DNA of 63,520 bases, filler included, from Asterionella formosa (GCA_002256025.1; 7 parts of 7 records of this genome joined end to end with filler, not necessarily neighbours in it), one strand, 5' to 3'. Positions 27,187 through 39,937 are shown, counted from the whole stretch's first letter. Numbers and translations: made by a program. Notes: a model not told the origin generated them from the letters alone.

Positions 27187-28247
27187 ATGAACAAGATGAA
27201 ATACCGCCTTCTCCAGTCGGCCATTGCTCTGACGATCGCTAGTGCTCAAGACTTTCCTCAAAGATGCGGTGATTGCTGGTGGTATGTGAAACTGACTAGA
27301 CACTGAAACTAACAAAACAACTTCAACTCACACGACCTTCACACTGCCCTCCAAAAAGCATTAATGGCAACGACACATGCCCTACATTTACCACAAACAT
27401 TTCCTACACATTTTCTGCAGAAATGTACAACGCTTACGCTTCGTTTACCCAGACGAGTGTCCCCATTCCCTTGGTGGACGCCAGTGGCAATACCTGTTTC
27501 CCGTTCAAAGATTCCGTTGGGCAGCTGTCAGGGTATGATGGATCTGCACTCAATCAATGCGTGGGTCCCAATACAACAGAGGGAGTATGTGCCTTTAAAT
27601 TTACTACCAACAATAGTACTTGCGATGGCCGGCCCTACGAGTTGATTTCCTACAGTTCTTCTGATGCAGCAACTGCTGACGGTGCTGTCGTTACACACAA
27701 GGGACCCTGTGGTGTATGCAGCAGCGCCCAGGATTTGAGCGTTCGAATGAAACATGTCACAGACCTTGCTTCCAAAACATTGCCTTGCGCTGTCGTGTAC
27801 AAGCTTGATACACAATCTAGCAGTGAGGTGCGATTTGCGGAGTTGTTCACCTGTGTCAAGAACCTTGGCTTTTCTGATCCCTGTGGAGAATTGTGGGCAC
27901 ATTATCTTGCCACAAATGGAAATCTCTGTGCATCCAATTGTTCCAAAGGATATACTGGGGTTCCAGTTTTAAATGGAGATCCTCCAAATTGTACATTGTC
28001 AGAATGTTTACAGTGCAGTGCTGATATATTTCAAGATGATTTCGATATGTTAAGTGGAAGAACAATGTCAGCCTCGGGAATTATCGATGCAATTGCAAGG
28101 CCTTGCTCAACCTTTTACCCAGTTGACCAAACGTCCTGCACATCAACACTCGCCACTGCAGCTCCAACAAAAACAAGCGATGCTGTTCAAAATGGCATTG
28201 TTGTTGCAGTACTTGGTGCCGTTGCCTCAATACTATGGGCTCACTGA
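27187..28247 (+). CDS. Secreted cysteine-rich protein, probably GPI-anchored, 2 exons (27187-27281, 27359-28247)
   Basis: Signal peptide MKYRLLQSAIALTIASAQ; intron 27282-27358 joins CGDCW-CINGNDTCP in frame; many Cys including HKGPCGVCSSAQDL; S/T linker and hydrophobic C-terminus. Confidence 0.82.
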
Positions 28248-30836
28248 TTGCAATCGTGAATGTTGTTAGTATTGTCATGTAAAGATTGTGGATGAAAATT
28301 GTGGATGGTGGATGTTTGCATCGAAATAAAGATGATGGATGATCATAGATGGGTGAGTCTCACATTGTCACCCTAAATATCTATTAGCTGGTTTCATTAT
28401 ACCAGCCCTTGTAGTACCTCACCATGTAGTCACGCAATTGTTACTATAAGCAATGCCAGTCTTCTGACAATCATCTTATAACTGAAGCCAATAGGTGGTC
28501 AGTGTTCACCTGGACCAACAATTGGACATTTCCTGAAGGGATCATTGTTTCAAGGAAGCATTGCCCATAATCCAATGGGTAATATAAAGGGGATATCACT
28601 CCATACCATGGTGTTCTTGAATTAGTAGCATTATGTACTATTTTATGGAGTTGGTGGAAGGCAAAGATAGGCTGGCTTTGGCAACTTCCTTCACCAAGGT
28701 TTCTGGATGAAGGTCTGACTGCCAGCATCCTCAAATGTTTCATGATGGAGATAAGACCACAGCTGGAGTTACCAATGATTGCATTGTCGCAGATTCATCA
28801 GCCAATACCAGTTGCTTGATATTATGGATAAAGGCTGCTGTGAAATAATTGAATTGTTTTAATTGAGGTATGATGGTTTCAATGGAGCAGCTATGACCAA
28901 AAAGCACCAATATCAGCTGAAGAAGGATATGAAGGGGGTGGTATTGACCAGGGGCATTAAGATGGGATCGACATGGGAGGGGGGNNNNNNNNNNNNCCCC
29001 CCCTCCCCCCCCCCCCCTCCCCCCCCCGCCCCCCCTCCCCCCTCCAAACTGAGCTCGATATAGGGTAAGTGATCAATCTAGTACCAGAAATCCTAGAAAA
29101 CCATCTGTTTGTTTTAAATGAAATAGACGGTCTCTTTTATGAGACTCCATGCAAGAAAGTAGACACCACAAGTATTTTCACTTTATCATATTTGAAGATG
29201 AGTGTTGCAACTGAATTATCCAATAAAGTAGAACTTCGGTGAATTTTGAAAAGAATTATTTGAAACATCATCTTATTCAGTTTAAAGTTCGATGTTTACT
29301 GTCAAAGCTTCACATGAAAGCTTTAAAAGTAACCTGATTTTCAGGAAGAGTGACATTAATTCATGTGAAATAACAAATAATTCAGACCACTGCATAGATA
29401 AAATTTCGAAAAGTGAAGGAAAGGACACATACAAGAATGGTTACTACTAGCCACTGAATGACCTACTATATTACTAATCTAATATATTACAAGTGAAATT
29501 TGCCTTGAAAAAAATGAAAGCAACTGATTGAGGTGAACAGTTCATTCTTCATAATGACAAATTTTTGATTTGTCCTTTCTTGGAAAAGATTTTCCATCCG
29601 ATTCATTTATTCCAGAGGATGCTGAGCAGTACCTCCTAAAATCTGAGAGCCAATGTCTAATTTCTTAAATGTTAAAATTCGAACCAAGTATGAACTGTAT
29701 TGTTGAAGGTATAAGGGGGGATAGATGTCATGTATGATCTGTCATAAAGTAGAACATAAAGTTAAGGAGATATAAGCCGGTGGTCCTGCTCTTTTTCAAC
29801 TTATTCCAGGGGTGATTTTGGCGATTTCATGAAAATAACTCATACTTAATGTTTCAGGTAGACACAAGAAGAGTTCGCAGTTGATGTTTTCCATTGTGGT
29901 GAGCGAAGTAGCATGCATGCAAAATGAAGTCGATGCATATTATTTCTGACAAAATAGTCTATTCGGACTCCAAATCTGTATTTTGTAAAAGTAAAAGGTA
30001 ATGCCAGTTGAATGGAGTAAAAATTAATTTGGCTCATTCACTCCGCCATTTTGGAGCTTTCACCAAAATAATACCCCTTTCCATATGCTTAGATACAGTC
30101 ATTGATCAAATTAGGGATATACCCGGTAGTTCAACTATCCTATTTAACATCAGTAAAACGGATCTGACAAGAAACTGCAGAAAGAAACTTCGGTTTTTAA
30201 AACTATGGTATAAAAACTAGAAATATCGGGGGAAATCAAATTCCCTGGAACTTAAGCTATTTTTGAATGACATGATTCCATTTGAAATATTCAAATCAGT
30301 GGAAATTTGATCGTACGTGGATACTAGATTACTTTTCGAATTCGCAAAATTATTTTTGCCGATTTTGTCAAATTTTTGGATGAATATAGCTAAACATAGG
30401 CTAATTCTGAAGGCGATTTAGATAACTGGGTAACCTTCAAATAGCATGAAACTGCAGAAGGAACTTAGGATTTAAGCCAAAAAAAATTTCCTCATTCTGC
30501 AGTATCTCGCCAGATCCGTTTTACTGATTTTACAGCCTCAACCACCCAAAAGTACAAGGTAATAACCAATACTTTGAATAAGACTGTCGTGTCACTTATT
30601 AAAAATAATATAGTAATGGAACTAGAAACTTGAATGGCCAATAACAATGGCAAACTACTATATGGTAGGCGGCTACACTGGCTTGGCAACTAAAACCTAT
30701 AGTCCAGGGCCATTTATAGTTCTGCAAACGTGGAAATTGAAAACACATACTAAGTTACAACAGATTCAGGTGTACCAGGAGCCTACAGCAGGTAAGGCTA
30801 CGTAGCGCTTTGGTTGAATGTGGCCTCCTCCCCACC

Positions 30837-32001
30837 ATGGTGGATACCCCCATCCCCCAGGAAACGACGATAATGGAAACCACTTTGAATGTTGCAGCTG
30901 CAGAATCCTTTTGGGAAGCATCAAACACAGGCGGAATGGCGACAAACGATCATGAAACTATTGATTTCGAAGCAGAATACTTGCTGCTCATGAATGAACC
31001 TTCATATGAAATCAACTACAATGCAGCCGCAACGATTCTGACAAACAACACAACAGCGCCATATAAACCGACTAAGGACAAAATGAACAACTCAAGGAAA
31101 TCCAAGGTAGCGGGCAGTAGCATCAAAAACAACGACGATCGAAATCACAGAATTTCCAGTGAATGGAATACAAAAAACTACGAGAACCACGCAGCAGGTA
31201 TTCTAAAGTCACCAGTGCTGTATGAACAGCATAATGACGCAATGAATGAATCAAGACAATCCAAGGCGGTGGACATGATCACCTGCAACCATGACAATCA
31301 TAATAGCGACATCTACAATGAATGGAATACAATAACCGACTTGGCAGTGATCATGAACATCAACAACAACGATAATCAGAAAAACAAAAACAAAAACAAC
31401 AATTAATGGAATACAAAAATCGACGTGGCAGCTGACATTAACATCAACAACAATAATAAGAATGAAAGCATCTACAATGAATGGAATACAAGCAATAACC
31501 GACGTGGCAGTGATCATGAACATCACTAACAACGATAATCAGAAAAACAAAAACAACAATGAATGGAATACAAAAATCGACATGGCAGCTGACATTAACA
31601 TCAACAACAATAATCAGAATGACAGCATCTACAATGAATGGAATAGCACAAAAGACATGGCAGCAGACATTTACATCAACAACGACAGTAAGAAGAACCA
31701 CACCCGTGACAATGAATGGAATACCAAAAACTCCGCAAATGATATTGTAGTAGCACAGACAGCACAGCAGTCATCAGCACCATTTGACCCAACTAACCAC
31801 ACAATGAAAAACTCAAGACAACCCAAGGCAGTGGGCAATTGCATCAACAACGAAGACAATGGAAGGCACAAACACAATCCATCATTGAAGGGACACACTC
31901 CACAAAGGGAATGGTTGGAGGAAAGTCATCATTGGGCGCATCATTGGCCCCCTAGTAATACTTATCATATTCCCTCTGTGTCTATCCAGGCACAAGTGTG
32001 A
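30837..32001 (+). pseudogene. Asn-rich tandem-repeat ORF (NEWNTK units) broken by a stop and a frameshift
   Basis: Repeated AATGAATGGAATAC; ~159-nt higher-order duplication (31311-31469 vs 31470-31627); GAA>TAA at 31404; 4-nt insertion near 31490. Confidence 0.6.
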
Positions 32002-32214
32002 TAATTAGTTTAGTTTTAAAGTACTTCATAAATTTGATTTACCTACTATAGTCCAGTACCATTTGTAGAAGCTAAATCACATGGGAAAGGCAACTCATTC
32101 ACTAGTACAATTACCTGTAACTATGACAAAAATTGATTCACAGTCGTTGGCAGGACATACTTTGTCAATTTCTACCCCTGACAACAATCCAAGTTTAAAC
32201 ATCCAACTAACGAA

Positions 32215-32900
32215 ATGCAAGAGAGACTTACTCACCCCAAAGGAAATGCGCCATGCAGAATTTGCTGTTGGAAAGGATGATATGCATTGTTGATCTGGTG
32301 TCGAAATATTGGGATGAATACTTTGCCCATTTCGCTACAAACCAAAAAGCTGTTGCTGAATGAGGTTGGGGTTCATTGAACTACAACTTTTTGTTCCATA
32401 TCTGTCAACAGAAGCAAACAATAATCAACCAGTCTCTTCCATTCCCCCATCCGGACTAAACTTGAGCCAAGGCATCACTGGAACACTTCTTGATCAGGTT
32501 AGTACAGTATCGTAATCATGAGGACCAATGAAAAGAAACAGCACGAAGGGCGATTGCAAGCAATAAACAATACACAGCTGGTCTTCATGTCACTGCAGGC
32601 AGTTACTTCAATTTTTGAAAAGGTCGATGAAGAGCTGAAAAGGAAGAGGAGTGTGGACAAAGTGCAGAGTGAGCGAGAGTGTAATAAAATAGATTCAAAC
32701 ACAGCGCTTGCAAACAAGGTTGATGCAATCAGCACTCTAAACAAGCAGTCAGCAGAGTGGACCACAGTGGCGCAAACGAAAACAATTGCAACATGTTAGT
32801 ACAAGCGAGGAGCAGGCAATCTTCCATTACCAACAACAAAGCAACTTCTACTTACCAGATACCATGACATTATTACGTGTGGTGACGCTACAGTACCAGT
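32215..32900 (+). pseudogene. C-terminal remnant of a pogo/DDE_1 transposase
   Basis: KRDLLT.K, NQKAVAE*GWGSLNYN and LNLSQGITGTLLDQV match KRELLTKK, NRTAIA..WGPLNYN and LNLSDGYAGTLVDRV of the 43777-45420 transposase. Confidence 0.65.
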
Positions 32901-35088
32901 TGCAACTGTAATGGTGCCACTTCCTCACCCTTCAGTTGCTCCTATAACATGACAAGATATGATGGGAGTCTAAGAACTGGCTACGCAACGAGTGCAGCAA
33001 AAAATGCGAGGAGTCTTTGATGGAACCAACAAGATAAACTTGGAGCAACACCACCACCAGTATAAGAAAGATGCAGCCACTGGCTGCAAAAAAATGCAAA
33101 CGATATAATATTTTATAACCATCCCCCATAAAAAATTCATGTATGGTAAAATTTCAATCATTGGCTTTTAGCCATTTTGGCCATTTTTGACACATTTAAA
33201 ATGGATAGATCTCAGCAAATATGTGTGTTCAGGTAAAAAATGATTTAATTCTCATTTAGCCCAATGAGCTAACTAATATTGTGCCAAAGGGCAATAGTAG
33301 AGGGGATCGATTTCAGCATAATTCTAAAATTAGTCAGAAAATGATATAATAATGTGGCTCAAAGCCATTTATAACTGGTACCCCTAATTTGATCAATGAC
33401 TGTGTCTAAGCATATGGAAACAGTGTATATTGGTGAAAGCTCCATGTAGCAATATAAATTTATGTTCTACTCCTTAGATTTTTGTGTTTGACTGCTTTGA
33501 CTCAATTTTTTAACCCTACCACCTCTATTCCAGGGTTGAAATTATGATACATGGGGAACTAGTGGCACCTGGTAGCAAAATGGGAAAAATGCAACCCTCA
33601 TGCATCATTAAAAAATGTGACTGAAAACATTGGCTTTTATACAATATACACATGATTACATGCACCATGTCAACACATAATTATACTTGTTGTTCCGCGT
33701 TCTTTGTCTCAACTGAGTCAATTAAAGTCTCGTTTTTATGGTAAAGGTAGATTCCTCAACCGATGATGCCTCGTTTTGCAATCTCTCCATCGGAAGTACT
33801 CTTACCTGTTCCAGGGTACCAGGTACCGGTACTCCACAACGAGCCCTACTACCGATGGTTAGAAACGCGCCAATTGGAACTTGTCAGGAAAACCAACCAT
33901 TCAAATTAGCATATCGTACATACGTGTTTTTGAACAACAAGCAATTTTCCGTGTTGACTTTTTTAAGTCGCGGAAAATATCGAAAAATTCCTCTCGATAC
34001 ACGGGGTTGGGCAATCAATAACTCCGGTGGGAAATACCGGTAATGTAGCACGTGATTCTCCCGTGATGCTCGGTCATTCGCGACATTAATAAAAGTCGAA
34101 TGGTCATGTTGCCAACTGACATTCATTTAAAACGAGGATGACCGTTTCCAGGTTCGGTACTATTCCTGTCGCAATACATACAGTTTCAATTATTTTTTGT
34201 AAAAAGAGTGAAAGTGTGACAAAAACCCGACAAGAACCCGAATGGCATAGTTGCTGAGAATTACTATTCTTGTCCGCCTACTTTTACTTTTATGGATTGG
34301 TCCGAAATTGATTTTATGTCCATTTCCGGAATTAAGAAGCTCGATCAATTATTGATATCATTTTTAAAGAGTATAAATGATTAGGCTTAGTGAGTCACAT
34401 AGACTTTAGTATATAAATGTTTACAAGTAGACTACCCGTCGTAAGGACGCATCAGTCGCATCGCTGTTAGAGGTACCAGGTACTGAAAATATTTTTATTG
34501 AATGATTCGGTCGTGACAACGGGTCATTCGCTACCTTAAAAGAGGTCCACTTTGCATTATACCGAACACATCTAAACAAGGATGACCGAAACAAGTTCGT
34601 ACCCGGTACTGGACTTGTTACTTTCCTAATGTTCAGTAGAACGCGTTGTAAATGAATGTAAGACGACAACAAAACCCAGTTCCAACTGGATTGCTACTGC
34701 CCTTGTGTACAAAGCATTATTAGCTACGACGAAAGAAGGAAAAGACCACGACAAGAAATGGCAGGGCGTCCGAAGTATGGGAACTCGAAGCGAAGGCGTC
34801 CGCAGCTTCGTATTTTCACCACGACGCGATTTGAGGAAAGCAAGAAGGCAAAACCATGATGAAAAGAAGACCACCGCGCTTACAAAAACACAGTTTGAGG
34901 GGGATGGACATCACATGACTACGTAGCACATGATCAGAAATCCTCTGTGCCGATGTCACCGAAAAAAAAAGAATCCCAGTATCGTGCAAAATTGTTCTAA
35001 CCGGTACATTGTTCTGAGCTCTGCAGTTGATCACACTTCTTCAAAACTATACTCGGCGGTAAGAATTATCTATTTTTCCTAACCTATC

Positions 35089-36057
35089 ATGAAGTCAAGT
35101 ATTAGTCAAGTCTCCTTAACAGAATTCGACGACAACAAATCGTCAAAGAAACGAAAAGCAATGGACATGGAAAGTCGGACGAACGTCCTATTTGATTTGT
35201 ACGGCACCACTGGTGAGACAGAAGGAGGCCAGATGAGAATGGCACGAAGTGTGTCAGCGCATGCAGTTCGAGAGGAACAGGGCTCTGAGCAGTCATCGGG
35301 AGGAGCCAAGGATTCCGAGGCGAATACTTCACCAGCTGTTCGAAGATGTTCGTCTGATGGTTCATTTATGGAAAGTCGACAGAATCCATCCGGGGGTTTC
35401 ACGAACATCAACTACTCTCGCTTCAGCTCCCACGGACGAGCGACCACGATGTTATTGCAGCAGCGGTCCAACGCTCAAGGTGTCAAGGACCTGGTGGCTT
35501 CTATCGACAAGAAGGTTGCAGCGCTGTTTTCTTCTGGGAATGAAGCTGCAGCCAGTAATACCGCCTTTCCTAGTAAGGATCCAGACAAGGAATGCAAAGT
35601 CTTGTCCCAAGTTGCTCACGATGCATACTATCGAGTTGTGATCAGCTCGTCAAACGGTATTGCTGTGCTAATCAAAGCAATGAACTCTTTTCCTCAAAAC
35701 GCTGGCTTGCAGGAATCTTGTTGTGAAGCCCTTGGAAACCTCTGTGCGAGAAACGAAAGGAACTTATTTGAACTGCAGAAGGAGGAGGGAATCAAGGCCA
35801 TTGTAACTGCAATGCGAATGCACCCTAGCTCCATCGCGGTCCAATCTGCGGCCTGTGAGGCTCTCCACTGTCTTAATGTTCTCATTTTGGCTCATACCAG
35901 TGATCCACACAAGCATTCGGCCTTGCTAAACGATATGATTGAGCTCTTGCAACGCGCCTCTGCTATGTACATTACTCCATCCTCCAAGTACGGCGCAAAG
36001 CAGCTCCTCACTACACTTACACAGAGAGCGAATGTGCAAGCACGATTTGCTTCGTAA
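35089..36057 (+). CDS. Armadillo-repeat protein with low-complexity N-terminus
   Basis: GIAVLIKAMNSFPQNAGLQESCCEALGNL and GIKAIVTAMRMHPSSIAVQSAACEAL ARM-like repeats; intact 322 aa ORF. Confidence 0.82.
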   Translation: MKSSISQVSLTEFDDNKSSKKRKAMDMESRTNVLFDLYGTTGETEGGQMRMARSVSAHAVREEQGSEQSSGGAKDSEANTSPAVRRCSSDGSFMESRQNPSGGFTNINYSRFSSHGRATTMLLQQRSNAQGVKDLVASIDKKVAALFSSGNEAAASNTAFPSKDPDKECKVLSQVAHDAYYRVVISSSNGIAVLIKAMNSFPQNAGLQESCCEALGNLCARNERNLFELQKEEGIKAIVTAMRMHPSSIAVQSAACEALHCLNVLILAHTSDPHKHSALLNDMIELLQRASAMYITPSSKYGAKQLLTTLTQRANVQARFAS

Positions 36058-36567
36058 CGAAATCCGAAGTAGATGTTTTATCAATTTAGCAACATACTAC
36101 GTACTTTCCGATACTTAAAGATAGACCAGAATACTCAGCCCATACTGTGATCCTTTAGATATTCTACTTTGACAAACATCTGTACCGGCATTAGTCGTAG
36201 TTCTATCTGACCGCAGCACAGTCAACCCGTTGTGAATGACTACCGTGTGTTCATTTAAGTCTAGCTAATAATACGTGATGCTCAAGAAACTTACAACAAT
36301 GAATATGATAAGGGGGCTATTACACTAGCTAAACATGTAAGATCGCTATGTCAAGGTAGATGCATTTAGTGCATATAGTTGATTAATGTTAGAGAAAGCA
36401 GCAAGACCAAAAGCTTCGCAAGTCGAATTTACCATAAAAAATGAAGACTTCAATCAAATTTCTCGTTTCTGCTCTACAAGGGTAGTCAGCATGAACAATG
36501 AGATTGTAAAAAGAGTGAGTGATGTCCTTCTCACTACAACTATTGCATTAGTGGCGCTGTAAATTAA

Positions 36568-38709
36568 CTATGTGAGCCTTGGGCGCTTCTTTGGTCGCGA
36601 TGCCCCAAAAGAAGTCATGATACTCTGAAATGGTAGTAGGATGGGACTTGCAACAACATTGTGCTCAATCCAGTTCCAGATTCCGAACGATCGGTCAACC
36701 AACGACGAATCCGTAAACTCATTAGAAGTAGCCCACAAATGAGGAACTTCGCGGAGAATAGAGTACCGAAGCGAATCCAGAATCTCGTCATTGAGGGGAT
36801 GCAAGCCATCGAAGTCCGATTTAACTTCCATCTCCGTCGATTCCAGAGCACCAATAGAGTTCACGACTGTCTCCGTAGTGGCTTTTGGATTTCGAAGTTT
36901 TTCTCTACCCACCTTATTGAGTAGACAGTAGTAGTTGAGCTCGTCCTGATTCTCATATATCTGAACCGCGTTGCCGGAAGCATCATCGCTGTGAAGGTCG
37001 GCAAATACAAGGATGCATAGCTCCAAACTCGTGTTTTCGGTTTGGAGCAACCGAAGGACCTCATCAGCACCTTCCTCCCCATTAGGATCTACACATGTAA
37101 TTTCAATGGTCTTGAGCTGGGGGTTCTGTCGCAGTAAAGGGGCCAGAGTCGACATTTGGAATTGTCCTCCCAAGATCCGAAGGTCGCGAAGGTTTGGATT
37201 GGACAACAATCGGGGAATAATCTCAGTATAGTCAACTGCATTGTCGTTCACCTCGTACAAAGCGAGCTCTCTGATGTTGAGGAGAGTTTCAAGTCCAACT
37301 GTATTGTCTGCAGAATGAATACTAAGAGAAACAGACCGGAGATTCTTCGATTCTCTCAACATTTGTGTCAAATCGAGTCCGAAAATATGAGTGCTAACTC
37401 CGAGATCCAGTTTTCGAATAGATTTGGAGTGGCTAAGTCCTCTCTTTAACGATTCTACTGCCGAGACCGACATATCACAGTCATCAATCTTGAGTTCTAC
37501 TCTGATGTTGTTCGACGCCAACATCTTTTCAAAGCTTCCATCTTCGGTGTCAATGTTAAAGTTTGAAAAGCAAACACAATCAATAGGGGCCTCTGTTCGG
37601 TCGGCCAATGCCAGAGCCACAGTGTTCGCGAGTTTGTTGTGATCTCCCGGCAATATACTTCCAGGATGATCTGTACTGGAAACTGTGATTGTGAATTCTT
37701 TCAATGTCGTATGTTTCCTCAGCAGTCGACGAAGGGCGAATTGAATTTCTTCTCGTGCACAAGTTGTGTCAGGTAGATTCAACGCAATGGATTGAAGGCG
37801 TGTATTATCTCTGAGTCCCAGGAGCAACACCAACGCGAACGATTCGCAATTCCAAAAGGAACTCAAATCTATAACGCAATTTTCGCAGTTGGATAAAACG
37901 TCAACGAGTAGGGATGCTCGATTGGGTGATAAATCTAAGCATTCGATATCTGCACTATCAGGGAAACTACCAAAGTCAAGAAACTCAATGTCTGATGGGC
38001 ATTTGTCAGCAAATAACTCAAGTAGTTGCAAGTTAGTGTTGGAAAGCATTGCCGAGCTGAACGGAGTCTCGCCAAGGTAGTCTTCGGCAAACATTGCTTC
38101 GGGATATTCATCAAGCAACGCACTGATAACACCATATCGCTCTGGTGATACACGTATTACAGTATGAATAGGAAGATACTGATGCGTTTCATTCTCTATT
38201 TTTACCGCCTCTGGGTAGGATTGAATCAGAAAGTTGATGACATCCAGCTTAGTTGAAAATATATTTCCATGAAGGAGAACATGATGTAACAAGGTTCCCT
38301 CATTGTCCACCCTCTGAATAGCTTCTGGGAAAGCTTCATACACAACCTGAACTAATTCCAAGGAGCCAGTGAGGGCTACAGAGAAAAGAGGGAAAACTTT
38401 TCCAATGGTCTGAGAGTCATACGATACGAAAGACCGATAGGTCTTGCTCGCCAATGTTGGAAACCGTCGAAACAGCCGAATGGCTACTTCATCGTTGGAA
38501 AATCCTTCTAGCATATCCCCAACGACTTGTGCGTGCGCAACGTCGAAGGAAATGGTGGACTCCTCGAGCCGACATGGGTCACCGTCTGCCAATTCATTGT
38601 CGGTCGAATATTCCGGCGTTCTTTCTACCTCTACTTCAGCATCTGCCTGCCTTGTTCCATCTAGCTGCCCGCTCACATGTTGCGTGTCTTGGAGTTCCTG
38701 ATCGGCCAT
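36568..38709 (-). CDS. Ankyrin-like repeat + RNI-like LRR protein (diatom-expanded family)
   Basis: FPEA..D..GTLLH, YPEA..LPIH, YPEA..DYLGETP repeats; degenerate LRRs; C-terminal YYCLLNKVGR..YSILREVP motif. Native start is probably MADQ (38709); the upstream ATG at 38757 lies inside a TE end. Confidence 0.8.
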   Translation of the reverse strand: MADQELQDTQHVSGQLDGTRQADAEVEVERTPEYSTDNELADGDPCRLEESTISFDVAHAQVVGDMLEGFSNDEVAIRLFRRFPTLASKTYRSFVSYDSQTIGKVFPLFSVALTGSLELVQVVYEAFPEAIQRVDNEGTLLHHVLLHGNIFSTKLDVINFLIQSYPEAVKIENETHQYLPIHTVIRVSPERYGVISALLDEYPEAMFAEDYLGETPFSSAMLSNTNLQLLELFADKCPSDIEFLDFGSFPDSADIECLDLSPNRASLLVDVLSNCENCVIDLSSFWNCESFALVLLLGLRDNTRLQSIALNLPDTTCAREEIQFALRRLLRKHTTLKEFTITVSSTDHPGSILPGDHNKLANTVALALADRTEAPIDCVCFSNFNIDTEDGSFEKMLASNNIRVELKIDDCDMSVSAVESLKRGLSHSKSIRKLDLGVSTHIFGLDLTQMLRESKNLRSVSLSIHSADNTVGLETLLNIRELALYEVNDNAVDYTEIIPRLLSNPNLRDLRILGGQFQMSTLAPLLRQNPQLKTIEITCVDPNGEEGADEVLRLLQTENTSLELCILVFADLHSDDASGNAVQIYENQDELNYYCLLNKVGREKLRNPKATTETVVNSIGALESTEMEVKSDFDGLHPLNDEILDSLRYSILREVPHLWATSNEFTDSSLVDRSFGIWNWIEHNVVASPILLPFQSIMTSFGASRPKKRPRLT

Positions 38710-38744
38710 AATTTTGCTATGAATAATATGTTTGTCCCCAAGTA

Positions 38745-38869
38745 CCGTATACTTCATTGTCCTGGACCCCCCCTATGGTTGCTGGACCCCCCTGTACATT
38801 TTTCTCGAGGTGGAACCAAACACCCAATAATTTTCTTGTCATAGACAAAGTAACGTGCTATATTTCTTT
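38745..38869. mobile_element. Terminus of a TA-flanked DNA transposon (TA|CCGTATACTTCATTGTCCTGGACCCCC)
   Basis: Near-identical reverse-complement copy at ~61040-61164 with different flanking DNA; internal CTGGACCCCCC duplication. Confidence 0.8.
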
Positions 38870-39184
38870 NNNNNNNNNNNNNNNNNNNNNNNNNNNNNNN
38901 NNNNNNNNNNNNNTTAATTAATTAANNNNNNNNNNNNNNNNNNNNNNNNNNNNNNNNNNNNNNNNNNNNCCTCGCTGTTTCCCAAGTCCAATGGTACCAC
39001 CAAAATGCAGCAAAGTTTTCTTCCCATTCATGATCCTTGGGACTTCGTCATGTTGTGGCGTTCTACCCCCTGCTCCATAACCACAGCCACCCTGTCGCAG
39101 GCCGTTGCAACGCACGATAATGGGTGATGTACCAAATTTTTCCGGTATAATAGAGGAGAGGGGGGCAGCGCTTTGACTTTCACA

Positions 39185-39315
39185 GCCTCTCTACAGAGCT
39201 GCGACAGAAAATAATAGGGAATTACATAGTAACACCATAACCGTACATGGAAGCCTCTACAGAGCTGCGACAGAAAATAATAGGGAAAAACATAGTACCA
39301 CCATAATCGTACATC
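39185..39315. repeat. Two-copy ~66-nt tandem repeat
   Basis: GCCTCTACAGAGCTGCGACAGAAAATAATAGGGAA..ACATAGTA.CACCATAA.CGTACAT occurs twice. Confidence 0.8.
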
Positions 39316-39669
39316 ACATTTAGCAAGACCGCGCCGGTGTTTTGTTGTGGTACAAGGAGAGAATCCAGGCCGCGCCAGGAGTTTTGCCACACAGCAGGAG
39401 AGTCCACACAAACAAAAATTAGCATGATGAAAAAGTAAGCAATCAATGCAGCCAACAGCCAATCACCCCCTACTGGCTCTTCAGCAGCTACATTAACATG
39501 TTTTTGTTGTGTATCTAAATGCTAGTATGGCTTGTCAGCTCACGCATTGTTGTTGATAACAGTCAGGGACAATGAGGTCCGGAATGAAAGTTGTTCTGGT
39601 AAGATTACCGCGCTATTTTGACGGCTATAGGAGCAACGCTACTGATAACTCACACTGATCTTCCTCTAC

Positions 39670-39937
39670 ATTCAATTGACATTGCAGCAAACCCTTTCAA
39701 TTCAGGAGCATTCGGATGATGCGAATCTTTATGTGCCAGTTGTTCAATAATTCATTATAAATACAGCAGCAGCTGGCAGCATGACAAACAGCACGCCAAG
39801 GCACACTAACAACTCATGATTTACGGAGCCCTGTTATCATATGACATTAACACAGAATCAGAAAGCATCAATACTCAATCTTGGATTTCATCCGAATGCT
39901 CCTGAATTGAAAGGTTTTGCTGCAATGTCAATTGAAT
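39670..39937. repeat. ~50-nt inverted repeat (39670-39719 / 39888-39937), MITE-like, lying between ~80-nt direct repeats (~39502-39587, ~39988-40073)
   Basis: ATTCAATTGACATTGCAGCAAACCCTTTCAATTCAGGAGCATTCGGATGA and its near-perfect reverse complement; direct repeat CTAAATGCTAGTATGGCTTGTCAGCTCACGCATTGTTGTTGA..GAGGTCCGGAATGAA. Confidence 0.75.

Larger units (their letters stand above)
30053..33443. repeat. ~65-nt inverted repeat pair (30053-30118 / 33381-33443), transposon termini
   Basis: GGAGCTTTCACCAA..TTTCCATATGCTTAGAYACAGTCATTGATCAAATTAGGG and its reverse complement. Confidence 0.8.

Noticed and set aside
28976..29045. G-run / N / C-run giving a poly-Pro ORF
   Set aside because: Low-quality sequence around an internal gap
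31140..31730. Regularly spaced AATGAATGGAATAC repeats as a CRISPR-like array
   Set aside because: The intervening sequences are themselves repeats, follow codon periodicity, and lie in eukaryotic DNA with no cas genes
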